Source: Paraspadella gotoi (taxonomy: Eukaryota; Animalia; Chaetognatha). From it: 64,000 nucleotides of DNA. Under the pieces are notes generated by a model. The model was given only the letters and a program-made list of their open reading frames with translations. It was not told the DNA's origin and searched no databases. Positions 25,653-38,721 of the stretch are shown piece after piece; within the stretch, counting starts at the first letter, position 1; each line of letters opens with the position of its first letter. The stretch covers positions 14,167,323-14,231,322 of the forward strand of contig CM119264.1 in the NCBI GenBank assembly GCA_051294375.1, written 5' to 3'. Position numbers and translations under genes: made by a program.

Positions 25653-26257
25653 GGCGTAGTAAATATCAAATTTAACTTAATTAAAATTCTAAAAGGAGTG
25701 AAAACGAACAACATTATATTAATGAACATTTATGTAATAAAAAATTTTATAATAAAATTTACAATTTATGCAGTAGGCCTATATTTATACTAGTACTAAA
25801 CAATAAATGTTTAAAATTTCAAAACAGTTTTTTCTAAGATTTTTTTTGCAGATTTGAATTTGTCATAAAAAGTTGATAAAAAGAAATATAACTCTTTTGA
25901 AAATTTCTTCATTAAGTGGGTCAAAAATGAAAAAAAAACAATATTTAAGCTGAAAATTTAATTTTTTATATATTAAATATAGTTTTTTAATTTTAACCAA
26001 TTTAATGAAAGAATTTTTAAAATGATTTATATTTTATTTTATCAACTTTTTACGAGGAATTCAAATCTCAATAAAAATTAAGAAAGAAGCCTATTTTGAA
26101 ATTTTTTCGATTTTATGAGGATAGTTACTATATATAAATATAGCCTACTGCGAAAATTAAAAAACATAAAATTAATTTTTTTTACAAATTAATTTTCACT
26201 GATGGTATGTGTTCATAATTGACTTTTAGAATTTTCGTATGTAACTTTCACTACGCC
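25653..26257. mobile_element. Near-palindromic (fold-back) MITE with TTAA-type target site
   Basis: ATAA-GGCGTAGT ... ACTACGCC-TTAA termini. Internal mirror blocks: AAATTCTAAAAG/CTTTTAGAATTT, GCAGTAGGC/GCCTACTGC, GATTTGAATT/AATTCAAATC and AAAAGTTGATAAAA/TTTTATCAACTTTT. The arms differ mainly by substitutions. Confidence 0.8.
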
Positions 26258-26733
26258 TTAATATTCAACCAATCACCGTTTTGCGCAGCGTTAGTTTCTT
26301 GGGTCTCTGAATTAACGGCTCAATTTATTGCCTTAAACTCGATTGTTCTAACGTTTGCGATGTAAAAACCACAAAAATCTATGACAGTCAAGTCTAAATG
26401 TGACTCTCGCAACTGCGGTCTTTTATCAAACTTTTGTCTTCAACAAATATCAACGTAAGATTAGAAAACTCGAGTCGCAGCTGTTCACGAAAGGTTTCAT
26501 ACTTTTTCGCCACCACAATTTCAAATTCGGTTCAGCCTTTCAGGTTTTAAAACTGGGAAAAAAACTTGAACGAGACGAGGAGATAGAGAGAAGATGAGAG
26601 TAGAGAGAGAGAGAGAGAGAGAGAATTATATAAATAATATTAATAAATAAAAAAACATTGAGACACGACGTGTAAATATTAAAAAACCAGAAATAAAAAA
26701 CGGAAAGAAATAATTACAGCCAAATAATTATGT

Positions 26734-26982
26734 TGTGGCGAATCCTAAATTTGCCTCCAGTATAGCTTGGTAAAACTCAGCTCGTCCCAAATGGCTTGGA
26801 CAGCTAAGTGTAAGTTCCGGGTTCAATCCCCTCACGGACACACTGGTTAAAGTGTGATGGTGTCGGCATAAACACGCCAGTGACTTGGGGTGGTCACTGC
26901 AGTGCAGGTCCAAAGCCCTGAGCGCCAGCTGTCGCGAGATGCCTCACACCCCGGGCATCTCACATGTCTCTCCGAAGCCATA
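26734..26982. mobile_element. Solo LTR (~249 bp), Gypsy-type
   Basis: GC-richer island starting TGTGGC and ending GCCATA (decayed GCCACA), flanked by a 4-bp direct repeat ATGT (26730-26733 and 26983-26986). Confidence 0.65.
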
Positions 26983-27889
26983 ATGTCTTTAAATGTTTAA
27001 CTAGAAGAAGTTTTAAAACGATAACCACTGCTCCACTAATAATAACAACCACAACAACTACTAAAAGAAAAAATCGACAGCTTCATCTCGAAAATTAAGT
27101 TTTCTCGTCGGGAAAAAAGTGAGGAAAAACTTGGAAAGTGAGAAGAAGACGGAAATAGTGAATGAGCGGAACACGGGTGAGTGAGTTGGGTTGGTGGGTG
27201 AGGTAGGGCGACGTAGGTCTAGGAGGTAAGTATCACGAAGGAATCGAGCGGGTGAACTTGGTAAACCTTTCAATATTACTTGAATATTTTTATTTTAAAT
27301 TCGACGTTTTATCTTCACTTTCCATATTTAATCTGACCCGTCGTAACGTGATTGATTACGGCTCGGATTTACAGATCACTCCGTGTCAGGGATAGAATTC
27401 GTAAAAGTTAATATTACTTCAGTGGGACCTCTTTCATATTTTACACAATATATATAGTATATCCGTATGTATACCACGTAACGATTCGTTCCAAAGTACA
27501 AATTCTCTCGGGAGACAACTAATATGGACAACGAAAAAGTCGACTTTGCGAAAACACAATTTTTTTTGTTTAAAAGGTTCGGAGAGCGAATTTGAAAGGC
27601 AAAATAAAGAAAGTTTTTTCTTTTTCTCTTTTTGCTCAAATTAAAAAAAAAAAGATTGGGTTTTGTGTTATCGCCGCTTTCAACTAAGACGTTTAGGACG
27701 GTCATAAAGAAAAGGAAACTGCTGGAAACATTGGATAACCGAAAAAAGAAAACTGAAGAAAAAAAAAAGGATGGAAAGAAAGGATATTTCTGAGCGGGCG
27801 TGGGGAGTAACCTGGAGCGAAAGAAAAGGGAAAGGGAATAAAAAATGAAAGGGGAAAAAAAGAAAAGAAAATGGAAAGAGAAAAAAGAG

Positions 27890-27930
27890 CGATGAATAAA
27901 ACAGAAAAGAACTAATGAAGGTAAAACGAG

Positions 27931-28026
<96 letters not shown>

Positions 28027-28391
28027 AATTAATTTATAGAAAACGAATGGAGAAGAAAATAAAGCGAAGTTTTTAGCGTTTGCCTTTGCCGCTGCTGCTG
28101 TCGCTCCCCCTAACGGCGGCTGTTGCTGCTGTTACTGTTACGATTTCGTTTTAGTTGCTGTGAAATCTGTTATGAGCTAAATCGTTATTGTTATTTTATT
28201 TTTTCATGCGCAAAATAAGAAAATTAACTTTCAAGGCCAATGAACGCCGGAGTCAGTATTGTGGATTTCAACTACACTACGACACTCTTGCTCGAGGCTT
28301 AACCTCTGAGACCTATTTGTTTAATCGCTTTTTTTAATACGAAAAGATGTGCACACACAAATATACATCTATGTCAGTATGGTATCGAGAG

Positions 28392-28464
<73 letters not shown>

Positions 28465-29609
28465 AATGAAAAATTGGATTATGTGAGATTATATGAGAGA
28501 ATTTAATATTGTCATCGAATAAGTTATGAATCATTTTTTTGTAGCTTAACTGAAGAGTTACTATAATTATGATAATTAAAGTGTTGTTCTATCGGATAAT
28601 TATATATCGGTTGTAACAATTTTTTATACTAAGAATCCTAATTATGAAAAAAATTTCAAATTGTTGATGGAATGAGTTGTGGGAATTGAACGAGCTTTGA
28701 GTTGAAGTGGGAAGTGAAAAGAATTCCTCTTTGCAATTAATTGAAAGAGGACGACGACGACCACATCGACGACGACGACGACGACGACGAAAAGTGTATT
28801 ATTAAATTGAGAAAAAAACCACACAAAAAGCGAAAAAATATATTCTGATGAGAATTTTTCTCTTGTTTCGCAGAACTCTCTCTCTCTCCCTCTCCTCACT
28901 CTCTTCTCTTCCTCTTCTCTTCTCTCCTCTCTCTCATCTCTCTTCGTCTCTNNNNNNNNNNNNNNNNNNNNNNNNNNNNNNNNNNNNNNNNNNNNNNNNN
29001 NNNNNNNNNNNNNNNNNNNNNNNNNNNNNNNNNNNNNNNNNNNNNNNNNNNNNNNNNNNNNNNNNNNNNNNNNNNNNNNNNNNNNNNTCTGTCTCTTGTC
29101 AGTCTGTCTCTTGTCAGTCTGTCTATCTATCGTTTTGTCATCCATATTTTTCAGTTAGGATACGATACGGTATTTAACTATTAATGTCTNNNNNNNNNNN
29201 NNNNNNNNNNNNNNAAGAAAGAAAAGAAAGAAAGAAAGAAGAGAGAAAGAAAAGAAAGAAAGAAAGAGAGATAAGAAAGAAAGAAGGAAAGAAAAAAAGA
29301 AAGAAAGAAATAAAATGTGAAACAACAAAACAAAGAGAACATTAATACGTTTAAATACCGTAATCGTATCGCTAACGAATCAATACGGAGACAAAACGCT
29401 CGGATAGACAGACTGACCAAGAGACACGACTGACAGAGACAGACATGACAAGAAGACAGACTGACAAAGAGACAGACTGACAAGAGACAAGACTGACAAA
29501 GACAGGCTGACAGAGACAGACTGGACAAAGAGGACAGTACAACGAACCAAAGAAGAAAGAAATGCGCGATGAGAAAAATCTTAAAGTTGTCCGTCGATGT
29601 GGAAGTGAA

Positions 29610-29667
<58 letters not shown>

Positions 29668-30194
29668 CTCAGCAGAGAAAGAGAGAGAGAGAAGAGAGAG
29701 TCGCGAAACAGAGAAAAAAGTTCTCATCAGAAATATATTTTTCGCTTTTTGTGTGGTTTTTTTTTTCGTCAATTTAATAATCATCTGTCGTCGTCGTCGT
29801 CGTCGTCGTCGATGGTCGTCGTCGTCGTCCTCCTTTCAATTAATTGGCAAAGAGGAATTGCTTTTCAAACCGTTCCCACTATCAACTCAAAGCTTCGTTC
29901 GAAATTCCAACAACTCATTCCATCAACAATTTGAAATTTTTTTTTTTTCATATTAGGGATTTCTTAGTATAAATTGCTAACACCGACCGATATATAATGT
30001 TTCCGAATAGAAACAACACTTTAATTATCATAATTATAGTAACAAGTTCTCAGATAAAGAGCTACAAAAATGATATTCATACTTATTCGATGACATTATT
30101 AAATTCTCTCAATATAATCTCACATAATTTTCCAATCTTTCATTCTCATCTCTCTCTCTCTCTCTCATCTCTCTCACTCTCTCTCTTCTCTCTC

Positions 30195-30229
<35 letters not shown>

Positions 30230-30775
30230 TCTCTTCATCGATAGCAATACTGACAATAGATGTATATTTTTGTGTGCATATCCTTTTCGTATTAAATACA
30301 AGCGATTAAAAGCCAAATAAGTCTCAAGAGGTTAAGCTCGAGCAAGAGTGTCGTAGTGTAGTTGAAAGCCACAATACTAGACTTCCGGGTTCAATTAGGC
30401 CTTGCAAAGTTAATTTTCCTTACTTTGCAGCAATGAAAAAAATAAAATAACAATAACGATTTAGCTCATAACAGATTTCACATGGCAACTAAGAACGAGA
30501 ATCGTAACAAGTAACAGCAGCAAGTAGCCGCCGTAAGGGGAGCGACAGCAAGCAGCGGCAAACAGCAAAGCGTAAAAACTTCGCTTTATGTTTCTCTTCT
30601 CCATTCAGTTTTCTATAACATTAATTTCCTCTTTCTCTCTCTCGTCTTTCCTCTCTCTCTCTCGTCTCTCTCTCTCTCTCTCTCTCAATCTCTCTCTCTC
30701 TCTCTCTCTCTCTCCTCTCTCTTCTCTCTCAATCTCGTTTTAAAGCCATTCATAGTGTCTTTTCTGTTTTATTCA
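27890..30775. repeat. Long inverted duplication (27890-29189 vs 29337-30775) around N gaps; probable assembly artefact
   Basis: For example, 28081-28150 is the reverse complement of ~30495-30570. The right arm carries scattered 1-bp indels. The centre holds a 25-N spacer (29190-29214). Confidence 0.85.
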
Positions 30776-30780
30776 AATCC

Positions 30781-30815
<35 letters not shown>

Positions 30816-32289
30816 TAATGTGTCTCTACAGCATACTTTTCACTTTCCCTTTTATATTCCGGCGAAATTTTTTAAATCCTCAAATTTACCATGTTACTCC
30901 TTTTATTCCATCTTTTATCTTTCCTTTCGTCGTTGTTGTTGTCGTCTCGACTTCCGGTTATGACGCCGTCTGTCGGATGAAGTGATTGAAAGACCCAAGA
31001 AGGTCAATGCGAGGAGGAATAAGAGGAAGATGAGAAAAAGCTGGAAGAAAGGGAGGAAAGAAGAGGAGAAAAAGGTCAGTCGAGCAAATTATCAAGTGGA
31101 ATAGTGAGGGCGAGGATGAATGTTAGGAAAGTGGGAGATAGGTCTGTACTGATCACATGATCTCGTCAGAAGAAGGAGGATGCCAATGATGCTTATAACG
31201 GTCAAAGGTTAGAATGTGGCTGCCTCGACCAGAAAGAGGCATTAGGAATTCTGACTTGACTTAGGACCAGAAAGTGACCTCAGAGTTACTCGGCAAACTT
31301 ACAAGCTACCGACGAAAACTCAATAAAAACGTCAAATATAAAATTGTACAGAGGCTGGAGATCAAAGGATCAAACAACAAGAGACCGACGAAATTCGCGG
31401 AGGAAAAAACAATGAAAAAAAAAATAATAAAAGGGAAAACAAACAAAAATTAAAAAAAATGAATGAAAAAAAAAATGAAAATCTTGTTCAAACAAACTCA
31501 AATGTTTGCTAATTATGCGAGACTCTTTTTCGACAGCACGCTGAGTGGTACGTAAAACGCCTTCGGATGTATAAAAAATGATGGCTTCAACCTGCCGGAA
31601 AAAACGACTTTCTATAAAAATCGCCAGAAAATAGACAGTCGAATTTTCATCTGCCAGGGACGGTGTTAATGAAAAGGTGCCGGAGACGCCGAACATTCGG
31701 AAAAATATAAGACGCGAAAAACGAAAGATGTTTTTTCGCCTGGAAGCTATAAAATCCAAATCGGGTTCGAACAAAGTCAAGTGTACAGCGCGCACCGCAC
31801 CCAAAAGTATCACCCACTCCCCAAAGCACTGGGCCTGTGCCCTCCTCTTCTCTCATATAGTCTTTGCTCTCTCTCTCTTCCCCTGCGCGTAAAACAACTT
31901 TCGTTTCTCGCAGCGCACCGCCTGCCTCCCTCGCTCCATGCCTCACCTCACACCGCTACTGTTCGTCCCCCCCTCCCGCCGGCTCCCCCCTCCCGCCACT
32001 CGGCTCCCTCCCCACCGGCCCTCGATATGCTTTTCTCGCGTGTGCGCCGAAATACCTCGATCCATGCGACTAGCTCACTCCACTCATGTGGCACTCTCCC
32101 TCACCACGGTCAGCTATCCTAATTTCGGTTTCCCCTCCACTCGCGAGTGCCTCGCTCACTCCATTCGGCCTCGTACTCTCCCTAATTCCAAGGCTGCCTC
32201 TCCTCACCCATATTCGCTATATATACACTATTCTGGACCTGAAAGAAAAGAAGCTATTATAGCGATAAAAATATATTCGGTTTATTTCT

Positions 32290-32880
32290 CTCCTCCCCGG
32301 CCGGCTCTCCCTCGCCCGCATTCGGCCTCCCCCTCCCTCCCGTCTGGCCTCTTCCCCTCTCCTAATCGTCCTCCCTCACTTTCCACTTAGCATAATAGAC
32401 ATTTCAGTTAAATCGCCGTATATCGTTTCCTGTTCACCCCGCCTCGGCGGCCTCCCCTCCCCGATTCGGCCTCCCCTCTCCGCATCGCGGCCGGTCAGAG
32501 GACCTCCCCTCGCGCATCCCCTCCCCTCATTCGGCCTCCCTCCACCGCTAACTTTCGTTCCCCGCGCCTCCCTCTCCCATCGGGCCTCCCTCCCCATCGG
32601 CCTCCCCTCCCGTCGCTGCCTCCCCTCCCCCATCGGCTCCCTCACCAGCTACGTTCGTTCCTCCCCGCGGCCCCCTCCCATCGCCTCCCTCCCCCCGCTG
32701 CCCTCTTCCCAGCGGCTACTTCGTTCCTCCCCCCCGCCTCCCCTCCCCATACGGGCCCTCCCCTCCCTCCATTCGGCCTCCCCTCCCATCGGACCTCCCC
32801 TCCACCCCGCTGCTCCGCACCTCAACCCATCGAGCCTCCCCCGCTCCCTTCGTTCCTCCCCCCCTCTGCGGCCTCCGCCG
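32290..32880. repeat. Degenerate C-rich tandem repeat (core GGCCTCCCCTCCC); G-rich on the minus strand
   Basis: Recurring TTCGGCCTCCCCTCC and TTCGTTCCTCCCC motifs read directly. Confidence 0.75.
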
Positions 32881-34031
32881 TTACGTCCTCACTCTTTCCG
32901 TCGAAATTTTTCTGAACAGATCGGGACTGACGACGATATCATTGCGCTCGAGTATGGAAAATGCAATCATTGCAAAGAACGTCGCATAAAATATACGTAA
33001 ATGGTATTAATATTTTCACTGTTATTGTAAGTATAGATTTTAAACTTGATAATAACAGTCAACTTTTTTTATTGCCTTTTGTTTTTCCCACCAATCTCCT
33101 TTCGCAAAGTTCTAGGGTGTTCCTAATTGAAAACTGGTCACCTAGTTGTACATCCAATCACGCGCGACTTCTTCTTTACCTGTTCGATATTACTCCCGCC
33201 ACCACCAAAATATGTAGATGACTTCCTGACCCCCGCTGACAGCCCTGTGAGCTCACCCGATCCCAGGCCCCGCTATTTGTCTCTCCCCCCCACATTACCC
33301 CCTCGCGGTCTCACAAAAATTACCGGTTTTTTTTTTTTTAAAGAAGAGAAATTGAAAATTATGAAAATGGAAAAGCGAAGCCGTAGAGAAAGACCAGTAG
33401 ATCATCGCGTTTACCAGGTTTTTTGCCGTATATTAAAAGTTTGCCACTTTAAATGCGAAACGCTTCAGCCGACGGCTGCGTTTTTTCGAGCGTGCTCGCA
33501 CTCCGCCCGCTTTAAATAGAAAATACGGGCGTGTTGATGGATTTGAAGTATTTGAGCGCTCGGTTGACGTCGCACCTCCGAGATTCGAAAGTATTTCACA
33601 TTTAGCCGCGAAGGTTATTGAATATATTTGAAAAAATAAAGAAACTAACCGCCAACCATCTCATGGAATTGGGACTTTTATCAATCGTAGATAATACCAG
33701 GGGCCAGCTTAATCATTAATTATCTTATAATATTTTAAATCGTGGATTTTTCATTAAAAACACAACGAATATTTTCGGTCACTCTAAACGTGACCTTTTC
33801 CGCGGTTCTGATGAAAAAAAGAAACGTCATCCTTTACGTAATCGCGCCGGGATTTTTTTTTTCTCTCACGAGAGCGAGAGAGAGAGAGCGAGAGAGAGAG
33901 TGAGCTAGAGAAAGAGAGATAAGGATCGAGACGGAGACAGAGAGAGAAGAAAAAGAGGATTCCGTCGTAATTAAAGATTCCATTCCAACGGGGCTTCAAT
34001 CCCAGGGTGGTGGAACATTTTCTAATTTCAG

Positions 34032-34191
34032 ACTCGCGCCATCCATTAATCATGACGCTGGCGGGTGGAGGTGGAGTGGGGGGTGGAGGAGACTCCTTAG
34101 GTGGCGTCGGTGATCGGTCAGTTGAAGAGGAGACATTAGCTGGCGTTGACAGCGATAGCATCGATACCCGTAGCGACCACGTACGACAAAA
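34032..34191 (+). CDS. Candidate coding exon 4 of the Ig-superfamily gene
   Basis: Acceptor TTTCTAATTTCAG. Phase-1 entry matches exon 3 (G+AC = Asp) and reads DSRHPLIMTLAGGGGVGGGGDSLGGVGDRSVEEETLAGVDSDSIDTRSDHVRQK. Codon-like GC-rich island. Possible donor GTACGT at 34192; otherwise open to a stop at 34264. No diagnostic domain motif. Confidence 0.4.
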
Positions 34192-34925
34192 GTACGTACG
34201 GCCCGTGTCGAGTATGCGTTCATTCGATCTCGCCAATAGCGTCAACCGTTCCGCAAGACTATGAATATTTGTCAGCTTAAAGATGATGACATCTAGCGGA
34301 GACGACCGAAATTCCCACGATTGTCTTTTTCGCCGTTTTTTCGTTCCTTTTCTTCTTTCCTCACGGACACGCCCCCCCCCATCCACTACCTTCTTCGCTC
34401 CCGTCATCAATTTTATGTCAGGAAAATCCTCGACGATCCAAGCCTCGGTGAAAATAGGAAAAAGACTTTTTACCCAGAGTCGATCCGAAAAATGCAAAAA
34501 AAGTTCTTATGAAAATTAGACTCATTTTTTAAAAAATATCGGGAAGAAAATAACCAAAATAACCTAAAAAATTAAAAAGAAAGACAATAGTAATCAATGA
34601 AATATAAATAAAACAAATAAAATAATATCTAAAAACAAATAAAATCTAAAAACTTAAAGCATTGAAACAAGTGATTTTGAAATTTTAATAATATTTTTCA
34701 AGTTAAGTATCTGTGTATCACAATATCATTATATATTTCTAAATCATTATAATACAAACAACTCGAAAGGTTCCTGTACACTTCCGCTGCTCTTTTAATT
34801 TTACCTTCCTCTATTTTTCTTACTTTTCTAACATCCGACTTTCTCTTCTTTGAGTTTTTTTCAAGAGAGAGATAAACTCACGCCAAATTCACTCTAATCT
34901 TTCTTTTGCTCTCTCACCTTTTCAT

Positions 34926-34961
<36 letters not shown>

Positions 34962-34967
34962 GTCTCT

Positions 34968-35029
<62 letters not shown>

Positions 35030-36928
35030 CTCCTCGCGACGAAAAATCATTTCACATTCGCATAANNNNNNNNNNNNNNNNNNNNNNNNNNNNNNNNNNN
35101 NNNNNNNNNNNNNNNNNNNNNNNNNNNNNNNNNNNNNNNNNNNNNNAAAAAAAAAACCGTTTCTACCAAACAAATGAGCAATTCGACATTCCTTCTCTTC
35201 CTCTTCTATTTCCTCCACCTCCTCTTCCTCCTCTTCCTCCCTTTACCTCCTCCTCTTCCTCCTCCGCCTCCTTTCCGACTTTTCATTATCACAAAAAACC
35301 CAAATGATTTAGTTTTCTTTCATTTTGGTTCCAAGCGCGATCGAGCGCGCCTTCAGATCCCGCTGCCGCCGCCGTCGGCGCCACCGTCGCCGCCGCTTTC
35401 TGCCGCCCCTTTTTTTCGCAGCCTCTACCATTTATAACGCCACTTCAAATTGCCGCTGCTTTCTACAATTTTACTAAACCTTTTTCTTTTGCCGCTAGAG
35501 TTCCCACGTTCCCTTTTTTAAAGTTTTACTCCTTCCAGTAACTCGCTTCCTTTCTTCTCTTTCCCATGATACAGAATCTTTCGCTTTTACGACTAATAAA
35601 ATTTAACTAGAATAGTAATTTTATTTGGTGCCACTTCTACCCAGCGCTTTGCCTTTCGCCGCTTCAATTACCGCCCACTTTCTTCCCTCAACTTTTTTCA
35701 CGATTTTTTTTTTTTCGAGAGGAATTTACGAAAAACGTTAAGGGAAATTCGAGCCGAAATTTCGCCACTAAAGTAAATTAAAGCACTTTCGGGAGTTTTC
35801 TCCCCTCCCACACGCGTACCTTACTTTCTCTTGCCTATCTTTACTTACCTTAACCGCCCTCCGAAAATTTTCACCCAAAGTGAGAAAATTCTCTTTGAAC
35901 TCAGATTTGACTGGGTGAAAAACCCGTTTCACGGTCCATAACCTTCTCTCCCTCGTTCATCCTCACCCTTTCATCCTTTTTCGTCAAGCGGTTTTCCCGA
36001 TCGTTTTGAAACTTACCCGTTCGTTTCGTTCCCATTCCAGCGCCACTTGCGCAAATGACCTCACCAAATCACCATCCTGTCAAAGTTTTTCTCTCCTTCG
36101 CACGAGGATCTTAATCACTTTCGATTTCTCGCCGGAAAGGTGAGGAGAGAAACAAGATGATTGGCTGCTTTACTTTTTCTTTCAAGATTCCAGCTTGATT
36201 AAATTTTTAAAAGTGGCGCGCCTAAAAATGGAGGATTTCATTCGAGAGATTTCAACGATAGGGGAAGTCTTTCACAAAGTTTGATCATGATGATAATGAT
36301 GGTGAAGATGAAGAAGACGATGTGATAATGAAGACAGATGATGAAAACGTTGAAAACTACGAGATAGGTATCACAACAAATTAACACTCAATCGAATTAT
36401 ATAGTTTCCTTGATTTTATCAAATTTTTAGCTACATGGTGACAATTTCGCGTAAAGAAATTTTTCAATTATCCTTAAAGATATCCGAAGACAAACAAACA
36501 ATTTTTATGTATAAATTTTATACTATTCAATTAAGCTTGATCTCGCTAATGAGTGAAGAAAGATTCGAGCTTATTAATCGGAATTCATTGGCTCTGAACT
36601 TAGCTACTTATACTATAAGTAGGTTTCAAATTGTAAACTTGTAAATATACAAACAACTTTTTTTTCTTTTACTTATGTATTGATCAACAACAGTTTGACT
36701 TTCAAACAAACAGCAAAATTAACTAGAGTTCACTGTGAAACCGACTACCATGACGGGGGGGGGCAAACATTTTTTTTTGCCGGGCGATAAAATCGATTTT
36801 ACGATTGGAGCGGAAGTTGGGGAGAAAAATGATGTGGGGCCGTTATAAAACGGATAACAAGTTGGGCAAATCATTTGCATGAGATTCGTTTAAAACTCCA
36901 GTTTGAACGGACTCAGAGAGAGAGAAGA

Positions 36929-36962
<34 letters not shown>

Positions 36963-37236
36963 AGAGGAGAGAAGAGAGAGAGAGAGAGAGAGACGAGAGA
37001 GAGAGATAATTCTTGTCTTTCACTACGACTTTCTATTATTTAATCTTTATTAAACAGGTAAAAAATTTGATAGTGGAATCCATTGTATTGGAATCTCACA
37101 GAAAACCTAATTTTGCCATTTTTGTGTCCCGATGATATTTTTTTTTTTCAAAAAAAAATTTGAAACGAAAGAATTAATCGTAAAAATTCGGGACGCCTCC
37201 TTCAAAACCGAAGTTAAGAAGAGAGAGAGAGAGAGA

Positions 37237-37282
<46 letters not shown>

Positions 37283-37422
37283 AGAGAGAAGAGAGAGAGG
37301 TCGATTTTCTTTTCATTCGTCTGTTATCTTCCTTTCTCCACTCTGTTCCACCCACAACTACATAAAAAGTCGTACGTCATCGTTAGGCAGTGAATTCTGC
37401 CAGAAACAGAAACGAGAGAAAA

Positions 37423-37487
<65 letters not shown>

Positions 37488-37626
37488 GAGAGAGAGGAAG
37501 AGAGAGTTCAAAAAGATGATTTGATAAATGATCTAGATCGCATAGATCAACCTTGTTTTCACAGAGAATTAAAGAAAATATGAACAAAAAATATCAAAGT
37601 ATCAAAACAAATTGAAGGAACTAGTG

Positions 37627-38070
37627 ACTAAAAATTGAAATTATGAATAATAAAAATGATTGTATAGATGATATTGATATATTTCAAGATTTGCACAGAT
37701 GTTTCTTTAATTGTTGTTGAATTGTTTTCCTTTTTCTTTTTTTTTTTCTCGTTTTGTTAATTTAAATATTTATATTTTGTTGAATTGTAAACTGCTGTAC
37801 AATCTATGCGTTTATTCTGTAATGCTGTAATGCCCTTTTGAATGTACTGTTTCAACTAATTGTTTGTAAACGAATAAAACACATATATATTGATTGATTG
37901 ATTGATCGATCGTCGAATTGGTAGGTTCTAGAACGATATTTTTTATTAAACACTTCAATACGTATATAATTTTCATAGTAAAAGCAAACAACATTAATGA
38001 GGATGAAATGAAATGGAGATAAAAGAGAGTGGAATTAAAAATCAGAAGAGTGGAAGACACGCGCCTGTGT

Positions 38071-38166
<96 letters not shown>

Positions 38167-38666
38167 GGCAACGGCATTTCTTTGTTTGGCTCCAATTTAT
38201 GTGATAATGGGGCAGAATCAAAACGTGTCGTGGAGAATATATGTATAACTTTTGGCTCTCGCTCTCTCTGCTCTTTCCTTGCTCTCCTCGCTCTCTCGCT
38301 TTCTTTCTATCACTCTCTCTTCACTCTCAGTATCGTGCGCCTTCCTATAATTCATATATAGTCAACAATTCAACATATCTCTGAAGGCAAGAATTAAATT
38401 CCATCAACTGATTAAAAAGTAAATGTCAACATTAAAAAATATTTTTTCGCAATTGGAACGAAGTTTAAAACACTATTCCGCTAACGTCGAAACCCATAAT
38501 CTTTAATACTTTCATCAACGTTCAAATCCGCGGGACATCTCGTTATTCTAATGAGAGCACTCTTTCGCCACAGTTCACATTCCCCTCCCTTTTATTTTAT
38601 TTTAGTTTAATACCCTCCATGTTCTTTTATTCTCTCTCTCTCTTCTCTCTCTCATCTTCTCATCTC

Positions 38667-38721
<55 letters not shown>

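Noticed and set aside
33801-33846. Hammerhead-like string CGCGGTT-CTGATGA-A6-GAAA-CGT..ACG-TA-ATCGCG
   Set aside because: The core boxes and a 3-bp stem III are present, but stem II is an unpairable A run and stem I needs a bulge next to the core. Likely chance; an Infernal hammerhead search would settle it.
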